Below are positions 39,391-49,185 of a DNA stretch of 64,000 nucleotides, in pieces. The number at the start of each line of letters is the position of its first letter. The stretch's first letter is position 1. Under the pieces are notes generated by a model, which did no database searches, had not been told where the DNA came from, and worked only from the letters and a program-made list of their open reading frames with translations. The position numbers were made by a program, and so were the translations under genes. Origin of the DNA: Kiritimatiellia bacterium (GTDB lineage: Bacteria; Verrucomicrobiota; Kiritimatiellia; RFP12; JBMNHG01); contig JBMNHG010000002.1 of NCBI GenBank assembly GCA_050950285.1, positions 948,654 to 1,012,653 of the forward strand. The letters are read 5' to 3'.

Positions 39391-39424
39391 CCTCCCCTCC
39401 CCCGAACCCACGGGCCCCTCCCCC

Positions 39425-39937
39425 ATGAAAACGCCGCTCCTCCTCCTCGCCTGCGCCACCCTTTGCTGCACCGCCCTCCTCCCCGGTTGCGCCGGATACC
39501 AGCTCGGAACCACGCTCCCCGCCCACCTGCGGACGATCGCCGTGACCGGCTTCATCAACGAAACCGGCGAGCCGGACCTCGAAGCGGCGGTCACCCGGGC
39601 CACCCTCCAGGAATTCCAGCGCGATGGCACGCTCGTCGTGGCGGACAGGGACACGGCGGACATCGTCCTCGAAGGCAAGATCGTCTCGTGCGATTTCGCC
39701 GCCGTTCGCTACGAGCGCGGCAACCGCCTCGCCTCCGAGGAGCAGCGCATGACCATCGCCTGCGAAATCCTCGCCACCGAGCGCGCCACCGGGAAGACGC
39801 TCCACAAGGGAAGCGTCGAGGGCGACACCACCTTCCTCTCCGGCGGCGACCTCACCACCGCCAAGCGCACCGCCTATCGCGCCGCCGCCGAGGACGTCGC
39901 CCACGAAATCGTGAACGCCGTCATCAGCGCCTGGTAG
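39425..39937 (+). CDS. lptE: LPS assembly lipoprotein LptE
   Basis: Lipobox LPGC-AGYQLG, TIAV..FINET.EP.LE, ADIVLEG. Confidence 0.85.
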   Translation: MKTPLLLLACATLCCTALLPGCAGYQLGTTLPAHLRTIAVTGFINETGEPDLEAAVTRATLQEFQRDGTLVVADRDTADIVLEGKIVSCDFAAVRYERGNRLASEEQRMTIACEILATERATGKTLHKGSVEGDTTFLSGGDLTTAKRTAYRAAAEDVAHEIVNAVISAW

Positions 39938-39997
39938 CGGCGCGCCGCCCGACGGGACGGACGGCTCCTCCCCATTCCCCCGCTCCTCTTTCGCGCC

Positions 39998-41509
39998 TTA
40001 TGCCGCTGCGACGTCCCGCAACACGACGGCGTACGGGCCTTCCCCCTTCATGGCGCGGCGCAGTTTGCGGCGCTCCCGGAAAACGAGGGGAAGGTTCACG
40101 AGTTGCGTCACCACGTCGGAAACCGGCATGGCGACCCAGATGGCCAGAATGGGGTCCCAGCCATGCCGCTGGAAGAGCGGCGGCAGGAACCACACCACGG
40201 GCAGCAGGCAGATGCACTGGCGCAGCAACGAGAGCAGGATGGCGGTCTTGGGGCGGCCAAGCGACTGGTAGTAGGTCGTGGCGGTCACGTTCACGAAAAT
40301 CGTCCAGTAGAAGCTGTTCGCGATGCGGATGCCGCGGGAGGCGGCCGCCACGCCGACGGGATCGTCGGTGAAGAAACGGGCCAGCACGGGCGCGAACAAC
40401 TCGGAGCCGACGCACGCGGAAACCGTCGCGACGGCGGTGAGTCCGAGGCCGATGTCGAAGGCCCGCCGCACGCGCCGGAAGTTCTTCGCCCCCCAGTTGT
40501 AGCCAAGCACGGGCGCCAGGCCCTGCTGCACGCCGTGCGCGGGCATCCCGAAGAGGAACATGACGCTCATGTAGATGCCGAAGGCGCTGACCAAAATCGT
40601 CCCCTCCTCCGGCGAAGGCGCCCATTTCGCAAAGGAATGGTTGAGCGAGAAGTTGATGGCCGAGCCCATCAGCTGCATCAGGAAGGGCGCCAGGCCAATC
40701 GCGAGAACACGCGGCGCGAGATCGCGGTAGAGGCGGACGCGCCGCAGGCGCAGGCGCACCACGCTGCGCCCGCTCCAGTAGTAGGCCAACGCGACGAAAC
40801 ACGAAAGCATCATCGAAAGATTCGTGGCCCACGCCGCGCCCGCCACCTTCATCCCAAGTCCCGGAAGGGTGAAGAGCGGCGTATCGAGATACCAGAAGGT
40901 CACCGGAATGCGGTCGTAGATGAACAGCGGATCGAGGAGGATGTTCGTCACGCAGCCGACCACCATGCACATCATCGAGGTGCGCGGCGCGCCTTCCGCC
41001 CGCATCAGCGCCGACAACCCGAAGGCGAGGTGGGAGAAGAGGTTGAAGAAGATGGTGATGACGATGTACTGGCGCGCGAAGGCGAAGGCTTCGGGCGTCA
41101 CGCTCTCGCCGGCCATGCCCCGAAGGATGGGTTCCAATCCGAAGAAGTACATGAGCGGCGGCACGATCAACCCGAAGAGGAGCTTCAGCGCCACGAGCTG
41201 CCCCAGGGTGCGTTCCGCGCCAGGCATGTCCTTCTCGCCGAGCTTGATGGAAAGGACCGCGCTGGAACCGGCGCCAATCAGCACGCCCACCGCGCCCAGC
41301 GCAAAGGAGATCGGCGCCGTCATCGCAAGGCCGGCGATGGCGTCCAGGCCGCACCCTTGCCCGATGTACATGCGGTCGACGATGTTGTAGAGCACGTTGA
41401 GGCTCATCGAGACCAGCGCGGGCCACGCGAAGCGCAAGAGCGTCGGGAGGATTCTCCCGGTCGCGAGGTCGTTCAGCTTGTCGTCGTTCGTTCCGGATGC
41501 GGCGTCCAT
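39998..41509 (-). CDS. MATE family efflux transporter
   Basis: LYNIVDRMYIG, RAEG, NILLDPLFI, GAAWAT, GYNWGA. Confidence 0.95.
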   Translation of the reverse strand: MDAASGTNDDKLNDLATGRILPTLLRFAWPALVSMSLNVLYNIVDRMYIGQGCGLDAIAGLAMTAPISFALGAVGVLIGAGSSAVLSIKLGEKDMPGAERTLGQLVALKLLFGLIVPPLMYFFGLEPILRGMAGESVTPEAFAFARQYIVITIFFNLFSHLAFGLSALMRAEGAPRTSMMCMVVGCVTNILLDPLFIYDRIPVTFWYLDTPLFTLPGLGMKVAGAAWATNLSMMLSCFVALAYYWSGRSVVRLRLRRVRLYRDLAPRVLAIGLAPFLMQLMGSAINFSLNHSFAKWAPSPEEGTILVSAFGIYMSVMFLFGMPAHGVQQGLAPVLGYNWGAKNFRRVRRAFDIGLGLTAVATVSACVGSELFAPVLARFFTDDPVGVAAASRGIRIANSFYWTIFVNVTATTYYQSLGRPKTAILLSLLRQCICLLPVVWFLPPLFQRHGWDPILAIWVAMPVSDVVTQLVNLPLVFRERRKLRRAMKGEGPYAVVLRDVAAA

Positions 41510-41516
41510 GGGGGAA

Positions 41517-42089
41517 TCATCCTTTGAAAATGACGAACTTGCGAAGCGCGTAGTTGATGGCGAGGGCGGTGACGAGGTTCGCGGCGAAGGCCGGCGTCGT
41601 CTCCATCCCGAGCCTGGCGATAAGCAGCGCCTGCAATCCCGTCCCCGCGCCCGTGCTGATGGCGGAGACGCCGAAGAACATCAGGCATTCGAGGACGACA
41701 TTGTGCCGTCCCGCCTTGAAGACGAAGAAGCGGTTGAGCAGGTAGCACACCGTGTTCGAGACGAAGTAGGCGACGATGTTGCAATAGACCGTGTGGGTCG
41801 CCCGGACGCCGTCGCCGACGGCCGGGAGGACAACCTCCGCGAAGCGCGACAGCAGGCGCACCAGGGGGTCCGTCTCCGTCAGGCACGGGAAGAGGAACCA
41901 CCCCGCGAGGAAGAACGCGAGGATGTTCACGGCTGTCGCGATGCCGCCCGCGACGGCGTATTTGGCGAACTGCACGATCGGATGGGCGCTTGCGCCGTCG
42001 CCGATGAACTGCCGCCATGCCTCTGCCGGCGTCCGCGGGAAGGGGACGGAATCGGGAGGGCGGGTCGATGGGGGGTTCGGGGCGGGCAT
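41517..42089 (-). CDS. GtrA family protein (lipid-linked sugar flippase-like)
   Basis: QFAKYAVAGGIATAVN, YLLNRFFVF, NYALRKFVIF. Confidence 0.85.
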   Translation of the reverse strand: MPAPNPPSTRPPDSVPFPRTPAEAWRQFIGDGASAHPIVQFAKYAVAGGIATAVNILAFFLAGWFLFPCLTETDPLVRLLSRFAEVVLPAVGDGVRATHTVYCNIVAYFVSNTVCYLLNRFFVFKAGRHNVVLECLMFFGVSAISTGAGTGLQALLIARLGMETTPAFAANLVTALAINYALRKFVIFKG

Positions 42090-42091
42090 GT

Positions 42092-42979
42092 CTAGCGGCT
42101 CCCTGCATCGTCCGGACGGGGCGTCAGCCAGCCGCTTCGCCATTCGCCGATCTGCATCGCGCACCGTTCGACGAAGCCCTGCGCCTCGAAGGCGGCGAGC
42201 ACGTCGGGGTATTGCCCATCGAGGATGCCGGAGAGGATCAAGGCCGCCTTGGGTCCGCGGCGCACGCTTGCGGCAAGGCGGGCGGCGTTCTCGACCAGCA
42301 CGGGAGCAAGGATGTTGGCCACCATCACGTCGGCCTGGCCTGCGTAGGTGTCGAGACGGTCGAGGGAGAACGGGACCGCCACGCCGTGCGCGGCGGCGAG
42401 GGCGTTCGCGGCGGCCACGGCGTCGGGGTCGTTGTCGTAGCCGCTCGCGGCGCGGAACCCGAGAAGGGCGGCGGCCACGGCGAGGATGCCCGTGCCGCAT
42501 CCGGCGTCCACCACGTCGCGGTCGGCATCCTCCGCGGCGGCCTGGTCGAGCATCTGCAGGCAGGCGCGGGTGGTGGCGTGGTTGCCGGTGCCGAAGCTGG
42601 TGCCCGGTTCGATGGAGACCACGCGTTCGCCGGGAAGCGGCTCGTACGGCTCCCACGCGGGGCGCACCACGAGGCGCGGGGAAACGCGCGCCGTATGGAA
42701 GAAGCGCTTCCAGCTCTCGGCCCAGTCCTGCGCGGCAAGCGTCTCCACGTGCGTCTCGGCCGCGGAACCCTGCGCGGCGAGGGCGGCGCGAAGCGCGGCA
42801 TCCGCCGGAGCAGGATCCTCTGCGGCGTCCAGGAAAACCTGCGCGATGGTCCCGCCTTTCTCGAGGTCCTCGAAGCTCGATACCCCGAAGCCCTGCCCGG
42901 CCAGCGCCTCGACCACGGCATCCGCCTGGTCGCTCCGGATGGGCGCCCAGACCTTGGTGACGGCGATGTTCCACTGCAC
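42092..42979 (-). CDS. prmA: Ribosomal protein L11 methyltransferase
   Basis: DWAESWKRFF, IEPGTSFGTGNHATT, VDAGCGTGIL, ANILA, LSGIL; GTG start after GGAGG. Confidence 0.93.
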   Translation of the reverse strand: MQWNIAVTKVWAPIRSDQADAVVEALAGQGFGVSSFEDLEKGGTIAQVFLDAAEDPAPADAALRAALAAQGSAAETHVETLAAQDWAESWKRFFHTARVSPRLVVRPAWEPYEPLPGERVVSIEPGTSFGTGNHATTRACLQMLDQAAAEDADRDVVDAGCGTGILAVAAALLGFRAASGYDNDPDAVAAANALAAAHGVAVPFSLDRLDTYAGQADVMVANILAPVLVENAARLAASVRRGPKAALILSGILDGQYPDVLAAFEAQGFVERCAMQIGEWRSGWLTPRPDDAGSR

Positions 42980-43247
42980 GACGGGTTCCTCCCTCGAAAA
43001 ACGAAAGACGGCATTGTAGATTCCGTGCCCCCGGACGGACAAGGAAAATCACGGCGCGCCGCTTTTTGCGGGGTTCCGCGGAAAGAAACAGATCGTGCCG
43101 GGAAAGAAGCCCATGACGCCCGTCTGCCATGGAGGCAGCCATACGCCGGGCGATGGCCTGCCAGATGGAGCCGTCGGCGGCAATACGGACGGCGATAGCG
43201 ATCTGGAATGTGCGAACATACCCGATCGCTTCGACCCATGTGAGCCC

Positions 43248-46200
43248 CTACGGCTGCTCCTGCGCCTTGAGGCGGAAGAACAGCCGCGGACGGTCCAGCC
43301 CGTCGCTCGCCCTCCACTGGCCGCTGCCGGATGGCGATTCGATCATCGGAATCAGCGCGGCAGCGGACCAGTCGGTCAGATCCTCGGTTGCCAGAATCTG
43401 CAACACCTGAATCGCGTTTGTGAAGGCCGCGGGCGAGACGATGGCGTCCTCGCCGGCCGGTTTGGCCAGCGTCAGCAGCGGAACTGTCAGGGGCCCGGAC
43501 GCCGTGTCCGTCGCGAAGCGGAACAGGTTGGCGACGCCGTCCGTGGATTCTTCCGACAACCCGTAAATCCCGTTGTTGCCTCGCCCAGATGTCGTAGGGT
43601 CTGTTGCTCTGGTACTCGTAGCATCCCATGTCCGTGGCGGGGCCGGAGACCCTGCGGTTCCCCGCCAGATCCCGGTTGTAGTTCGACTGCGAGTAGTCGG
43701 CGGCGTCGATGCACGGCGAGGAGCCTTGCAGCGAGTAGTCGCCGCCGGCCGCGTTGACGAAGGCGGGGGCATCGGAGATGCAGCCGTTCCCCGTGAGCGA
43801 ACCGTCCGGCAGGCAGAGATGCGAATGGAAGTTGTTCAAGTGGACGTTGTTGTTCTCGATGTCGGCACTGTTTCCGGCGATGATGGAGTTGTCGGCACCG
43901 GAACCGGCGATGCCGCCGCCGCAGGTCTTGGTGGTGTTCTCCACGATGGTGCAGTAGTTTGCCGCCGAACAGGCCAGGCCGCCGCCGACGCCCACCTTTT
44001 CGCCGATCAGTTGCTCCAACCCGGCACTGTTGACCTTGTTGCTCGCAATCAGGCAGTTTTCAGCGCAGAGGAACATCCCCCCGCCGCCGGCCACGAGCGC
44101 CGTGTTCTCCAGCAGCTTGCAATTCACCACGTATGCCATGGCGGCGCCGCCGCCCACCCAGCCGGAATTGCCCTTGATGATGCAATTCCTGACGCGCCCG
44201 TACCGCACGCCACCGCCCCAGTCGACGAGCCCCCTCGCCTTGCCGCCGGTGACCGTGAATCCGTCCAGAAGGGAATGCGGTTCGGCGTAGCTTCGCCCGA
44301 GGACGACGGTCGTGCGGTTCCACAAGTCGTCGGCATTCGTGCTCTTGATGGTCGTTACATCCGCGCCGTTCACGCTCTGGATGGTGAGCGATTTGCCAAT
44401 CGTGGAGACCGCGCCGGAGTAGGTGCCGTCGCCCACCAGCACCTTGTCCCCGTTGCGGGCGGCGTTGACGGCCGCCTGGATGGTCTTTTTCGCGGTCGCT
44501 TGCGAAAAACCGTCGTTGCCGTCGTTGCCGGATGTGGTCACGTAGATCGTCTTCGTCTCGAACTTGGCGACGAGGACGATGTCCGAGGCGATGCCGGAGA
44601 GGGTGATGGTGGTGCTGGTCACCCGCAGGCTCGCCGTTCGCCTCCCAGCCGAGGAAGGCGCGGCCGGTCGGCGGTGTCGCGGTCACGCTGACGCTTCCGC
44701 CGTCTGCCACGACCGCCGTTCTACGGGAGACGACGCCGTCGCCCTCGACCCGCACCGAGACGACGTGGCCGGCGACGCCGCCCTCGAGGCAGCCCATGTC
44801 CGGGGCGGAGCCGGTGACACGGTCGTTCCCCGCCAGGTCCTTGTTGTACTGGGGCTTCACGTGGCCGTCAAATCCGGTGTTCAGGCACGGGGACGACGCG
44901 CGCAGCCGGTAGTCGCCGTTGGCGGGGTCGACGAAATGCACGGGTTTCCCGCGATGGAGCCGTTGTCCGTCAACTCCCGCTCGACGAGAACAGATGTGGC
45001 TGTAGAGATCAGCGCCGTCGGGGAGCCCGATTGTCGTGCGCAGGTTTCCGGAGAAGTTCTCCTGGCCCAGAAGGAAGGCATCGAGGTTCTCCTTGCGCCG
45101 CTCCGTGCCGTGGGAGGTCAGAATGCAGTTCCGCAGGATCGTGCGGTCGGTCGCGCTGTTCAGAACCGCCCGGTTGTTCACGATCGTGCATCCCGTCGCG
45201 GTGCCCCGTTTGCAGCCGCCGCCCTGCAAGGCGTCGTTCTTGTGGAGGAGGGAGTTGAAAACCTTGCATTCGTAGAGGCCGCCGCCTTCGGACGCCATGT
45301 TCCCCACGACGACGCACCGGTCCACCGTGGCTCCGGCCGCGCCACCCCCGTAGACGGAGAAGTTGTTCGAGATGACGCAGTCGCGAATGGTTCCGCCCCA
45401 GACGCCGCCGCCCTGCGAATCGAGGGTGGAGAGCTTGATCAGGTCGCCGTTGCAGATGGTGAATCCCGTGATCGCGGCGCCATCGCAAAGCGTGACGGCC
45501 CGCGACGCCTTGTTGGCGTCGATAAAAGTGGTTCCCGCCCCGTTGACGCCCGTGATCGCGAGCCGCTTGCCGTCCACGTCAATCGCGCCGTACGTTCCCG
45601 GCTTCACATAAATCGTCTCGCCGCTGGCCGCCCGGTCGATCGCGGTCTGAATGGTCTTGAGCGCGGCGGACCAGGAGTCGCCGGCGTTGTCATCGTTCCC
45701 GGTTGCGGCATCGACGTACCAGTCGAGACATTCGAACGCCACCGTCACGTCGGTGTGCGAGAGGATGTTGGTCAGCGTCAGCGTCGAGTTGGTCGCCGAC
45801 GCGACCACCACGCCGTTGGTGAACCATGACGCGACCGCCCGCCTGTAGGTGTTCGTGTCCGCGGTGAGGGTCACGGAGCCGCCGCTGTTGATGATGGAGG
45901 TGGCCGGGGAGACGAATCCGCGCTCGCCCGCCGTCGCCGTCACGACGATCCCTGTGACGACGGTCTCGTACACGCCGTAGTCGATGTAGGCACTCCATCC
46001 CCATCGCCGTCCTGGACGCGGGTGTGCCCCAGAAAGTCGGTATTATCCAGAAGGCCGATGTATTGGTAGTAGTGGTCGCCGGCGTCGATGTACGGGGAAT
46101 CCGCCCGCAGGCGGTAGTCGCCCGCCCAGTAGTTCACGAAGCAGGGGTTCGGTTCGTTTTCTTTCTCGCGGACGCCGTCGCCCGAGTTCATGTAGAAGAG

Positions 46201-46955
46201 GGTGTTGAAGAGGTAGCCGTTGGCCACGGAGCCCGGCAGCTCGCTGTTGTCCGTGGTGTTGGCGACGACCGTGCAGTTAAAGAGCATGATGGCATTTTGC
46301 TTCCCACGCGGATGCCGCGCTGACCATCTGTCTGGCGTGATTCTTCTCGAAGATCGTGTTGTAGTGGTAGTTGGTCGAAAGGGTGCTGCAATGCGCGCCG
46401 CCGCCGAGCTCCGCCGTGCAGTTCCGGATGATGCAGCGTTCCGTGGTCGCGTCGGCCACGCCTCCGCCGTAGCGCGCCGTGCAGTTCTCGACGATGCAGT
46501 TGAGCAGGTAGCCGCCGCGCGCCCCCGCGCCGCAATCCTCGTAGTTCTCCTGGACAAACCTCGACATCACGTTGCCGTTCCGGAGGGTGATTTTTGCCAG
46601 CGCGGTGTTGCCGCCCTTGTCGGCGTCGTCGGCAATCAGCGTCGCGCAGCGGTTCGTGCCGCCACCGTCGATGATCGTGTCCGCGGCGGAAGCGGAGTCA
46701 CCCCAGATGACCACCTGCTTGTTGCTGGAAAGAATCGGTGAGTAAACTCCCGGTGCGACGACAACCCAATCCCCGCTGGCGGCAGCGTTGATGCCCGCCT
46801 GGATGCCGGCGAAGGCGTTGTCGTAACTCGTCCCGTCCTGATTGCCGGCGCCGGATACGGTGACGTAGTGGTAAGTCTGCGCGAACGACGGCCGGCGGCA
46901 TCGCGGCCGCGAGGGCGATTGCGAGAACCAGAATACGGCGGAAGACCTTTTTCAT
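43248..46955 (-). pseudogene. Giant secreted surface protein (three beta-helix + choice-of-anchor-Q-like modules, FFRL tail) broken by about 7 frameshifts
   Basis: Signal peptide MKKVFRRILVLAIALAAA; modules YV..GND.N.G.S...A.KTIQ.A and DLAGN.RV..DMGC distributed over successive frames (shifts near 46890, 46320, 45990, 45000, 44940, 44625, 43585). Confidence 0.8.
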
Positions 46956-46998
46956 AACGTGTTGTCCTTTCCCGTGAGCAATGGAAGAAACCTCGCGC

Positions 46999-47873
46999 CT
47001 AGAACGCCATCGAAGCGGAAAGGCCTCCGTAGACGATGCACGATCCATCCCCCTCGTTCGATTCATCGGCGATGGCGCGAAGGTCTCCGTCCAATTGTGT
47101 GACCACGGCGACGTAGGGGGAGACCGTCACGTTGTCGAGGGCGGTCCACTCCAGTGCCGCGGAGGCGAAGAGGTCCTTGAAGGATGCGGAGCGGTTGACA
47201 CCGTCGTATTCATTCCGCCGCCCGTTCCCGAAACCGACCCCCGATCCGAGTTCGAGGGAAAGAACCTCTTCCACGAGTTCGATGCCATGGCCAATCTCCA
47301 GGCACCAGTATTGTGCGCCCCTCTCGTCGTCGATGTCGCACTCCCAGGAAAGGGCCGGCGAAAGCAGGATGTCGGGGAATTCGAGCACGAACTGGAGCAC
47401 CTGCGTGTCCGGGTTGGGATCTCCGGGGTCTTCTGGATCGACAAATTCCGCAGGGACCGACGGATGCGTCACATACGCGTAGGACAGGCCGATTCCAAGG
47501 GTGGTCGGAAGATTCCAGTCCTCGGCGGCGAACTCATAGGCATAGCCGACGGAGAGGCCCAGCTCCTGCCACTTGTTCTTGCGATCGCCGTACCCGCCGC
47601 CGTCGGCCCCCAGCTGGATGTGTCGAAAATCCCCTCGGCGCCGACCGAAAACCCCTCCCACTCGATGGATGCACCCAGCGTACAGACCGAATCGGGATTG
47701 TCGACGATCCCGTATGTCATCTGCTTCGAGCAGAGGTCCGCCGACAATTCGACGGAGGGACGGGCCCATCCCGCATCGTCGCGCTGCGAGATGTCTTCCA
47801 CAGAGGCGGCGATGACGCCTGCCGCGCAGAAAGCACAGAACAGAACGGGGAGACGTGTGGAGACGTTCATCAT
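46999..47873 (-). pseudogene. Outer-membrane beta-barrel protein (TorF/MipA-like) with one frameshift near 47610
   Basis: Signal peptide, SVELSADLCSKQMTYG N-terminus, alternating strands, C-terminal YGGLSASMAF; shift lies in a G5 run. Confidence 0.7.
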
Positions 47874-48203
47874 GTCGTGTGAATCCTTCAGGTGGGTGGG
47901 TTGGAGTGGCCCTGTCCAAACCTCTCCGCCCAGAGAGCCGGAGAGCGGACAGGAGGAGGCCAAAGCCATCCCGCGAACCCGGCGTCAGGAGGGACTTGGC
48001 GCGGGGCAGCAATGCCAGCTCCGTATCAACATATCGGATGGAAGTACGCCCTGCAAGCAAGAAACGGGGGACCCTGAGTTCGGGTGCCCTGGCCCACGAG
48101 TCCCGTCGAGGCGGCCCGCCATGCTTGCGACACGCCCCGGCCTGCATTCGAGAATCGCCGCCCCGGATCGCGGGGATTGATTTGTTCGCGGGGATGGTTC
48201 ATA

Positions 48204-48359
48204 CTAACTCGGCCATAATTCATATTGCAAAACAGGGGCACGGGTTTTCCAACCCGTGACACGGACAGGAATGTCCGTGCCCCCTTCCCCAACTCCAAAC
48301 CAAATTCCATCTCCCCATGCCTCAATCTTCGTGCGCAGCGCTATTTGTGGCCGGGTTAG
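48204..48359. mobile_element. MITE family 1, copy B (opposite orientation, single 66-bp unit)
   Basis: CTAACTCGGCCATAA ... TTGTGGCCGGGTTAG; internal CACGGGTTTTCCAACCCGTG and CACGGACAGGAATGTCCGTG. Confidence 0.85.
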
Positions 48360-48369
48360 CAACTACCCC

Positions 48370-49158
48370 ATGAACGCTTCCCCGTCTTCCATGCCGACCG
48401 GCGGATCCAACCCGGCATCCGGGGCCTCGGGTGCGCCGGCGGCGACACCACCTGCCACGGCGGGCAGCGCGGTAGAAACGGACGGCCGGCCCTGCCCCGC
48501 CGCGAGAATCGCCGAACTGGTCGCGCTATACGGCGGCCTGCCGGTCGCGCTGGCGGTGTGCCGTCGTGCGATCGAAGGGATTCCGGTGATCCCGGTCCTG
48601 TGGGTCGCAGCCCTGCCGATGGCCGTGTGGCTCCGGAGACGCCGCGCGCGGGGAGCCTCCGAAACGTCCGCGTCTCCCTGCGGGAGCCGGAACGCCTGGA
48701 AGCGCGAATGGCCGCGGGTGCTCCTTCGCGCCTGCCTGGGGTTCGCCCTGCTCTGGGGGTGGATGCGGTGGCAACATCCGGAGTGGCTCTGGTCGCTTCC
48801 CGCGAAACAGCCCAAGGCCTGGCTCGCCGTTGTCGCGGGGTATCCGGTCCTCTCCGTCGTCCCGCAAGGCGTGGTCTACCGCGCCTTCTTCCGCGAACGC
48901 TATGCGGCGTGCCTTCGGAACCGCGCGATGTTCCGGCTGGCCGCGGCGCTCTGCTTCGCCTTCAGCCACGTCGTCTTCCTGCATTGGCAGACCGTCGCGC
49001 TGACCTTCCTGGGCGGGCTCCTCTTCACCCGGACCTACGAGCGAACCGACTCCCTGGGCTTGTCGAACCTGGAGCACGCGCTGTACGGCGCCATTCTCTT
49101 CACCCTCGGATACGACCGCTACCTCGCCGGCGGAACCTTGGCCCTGATCGGGCCGTAG
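48370..49158 (+). CDS. CPBP family intramembrane protease (CAAX/Abi-like)
   Basis: Multiple TM; QGVVYRAFF, FAFSH, YERTDSL..EHALYG. Confidence 0.8.
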   Translation: MNASPSSMPTGGSNPASGASGAPAATPPATAGSAVETDGRPCPAARIAELVALYGGLPVALAVCRRAIEGIPVIPVLWVAALPMAVWLRRRRARGASETSASPCGSRNAWKREWPRVLLRACLGFALLWGWMRWQHPEWLWSLPAKQPKAWLAVVAGYPVLSVVPQGVVYRAFFRERYAACLRNRAMFRLAAALCFAFSHVVFLHWQTVALTFLGGLLFTRTYERTDSLGLSNLEHALYGAILFTLGYDRYLAGGTLALIGP

Positions 49159-49185
49159 CGCCATCGTCCAGGCGAAAAGGCCGGG

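Noticed and set aside
47880..48200. Cobalamin or other known riboswitch upstream of the OM barrel
   Set aside because: Conserved B12-box and other aptamer consensus elements not found by eye.
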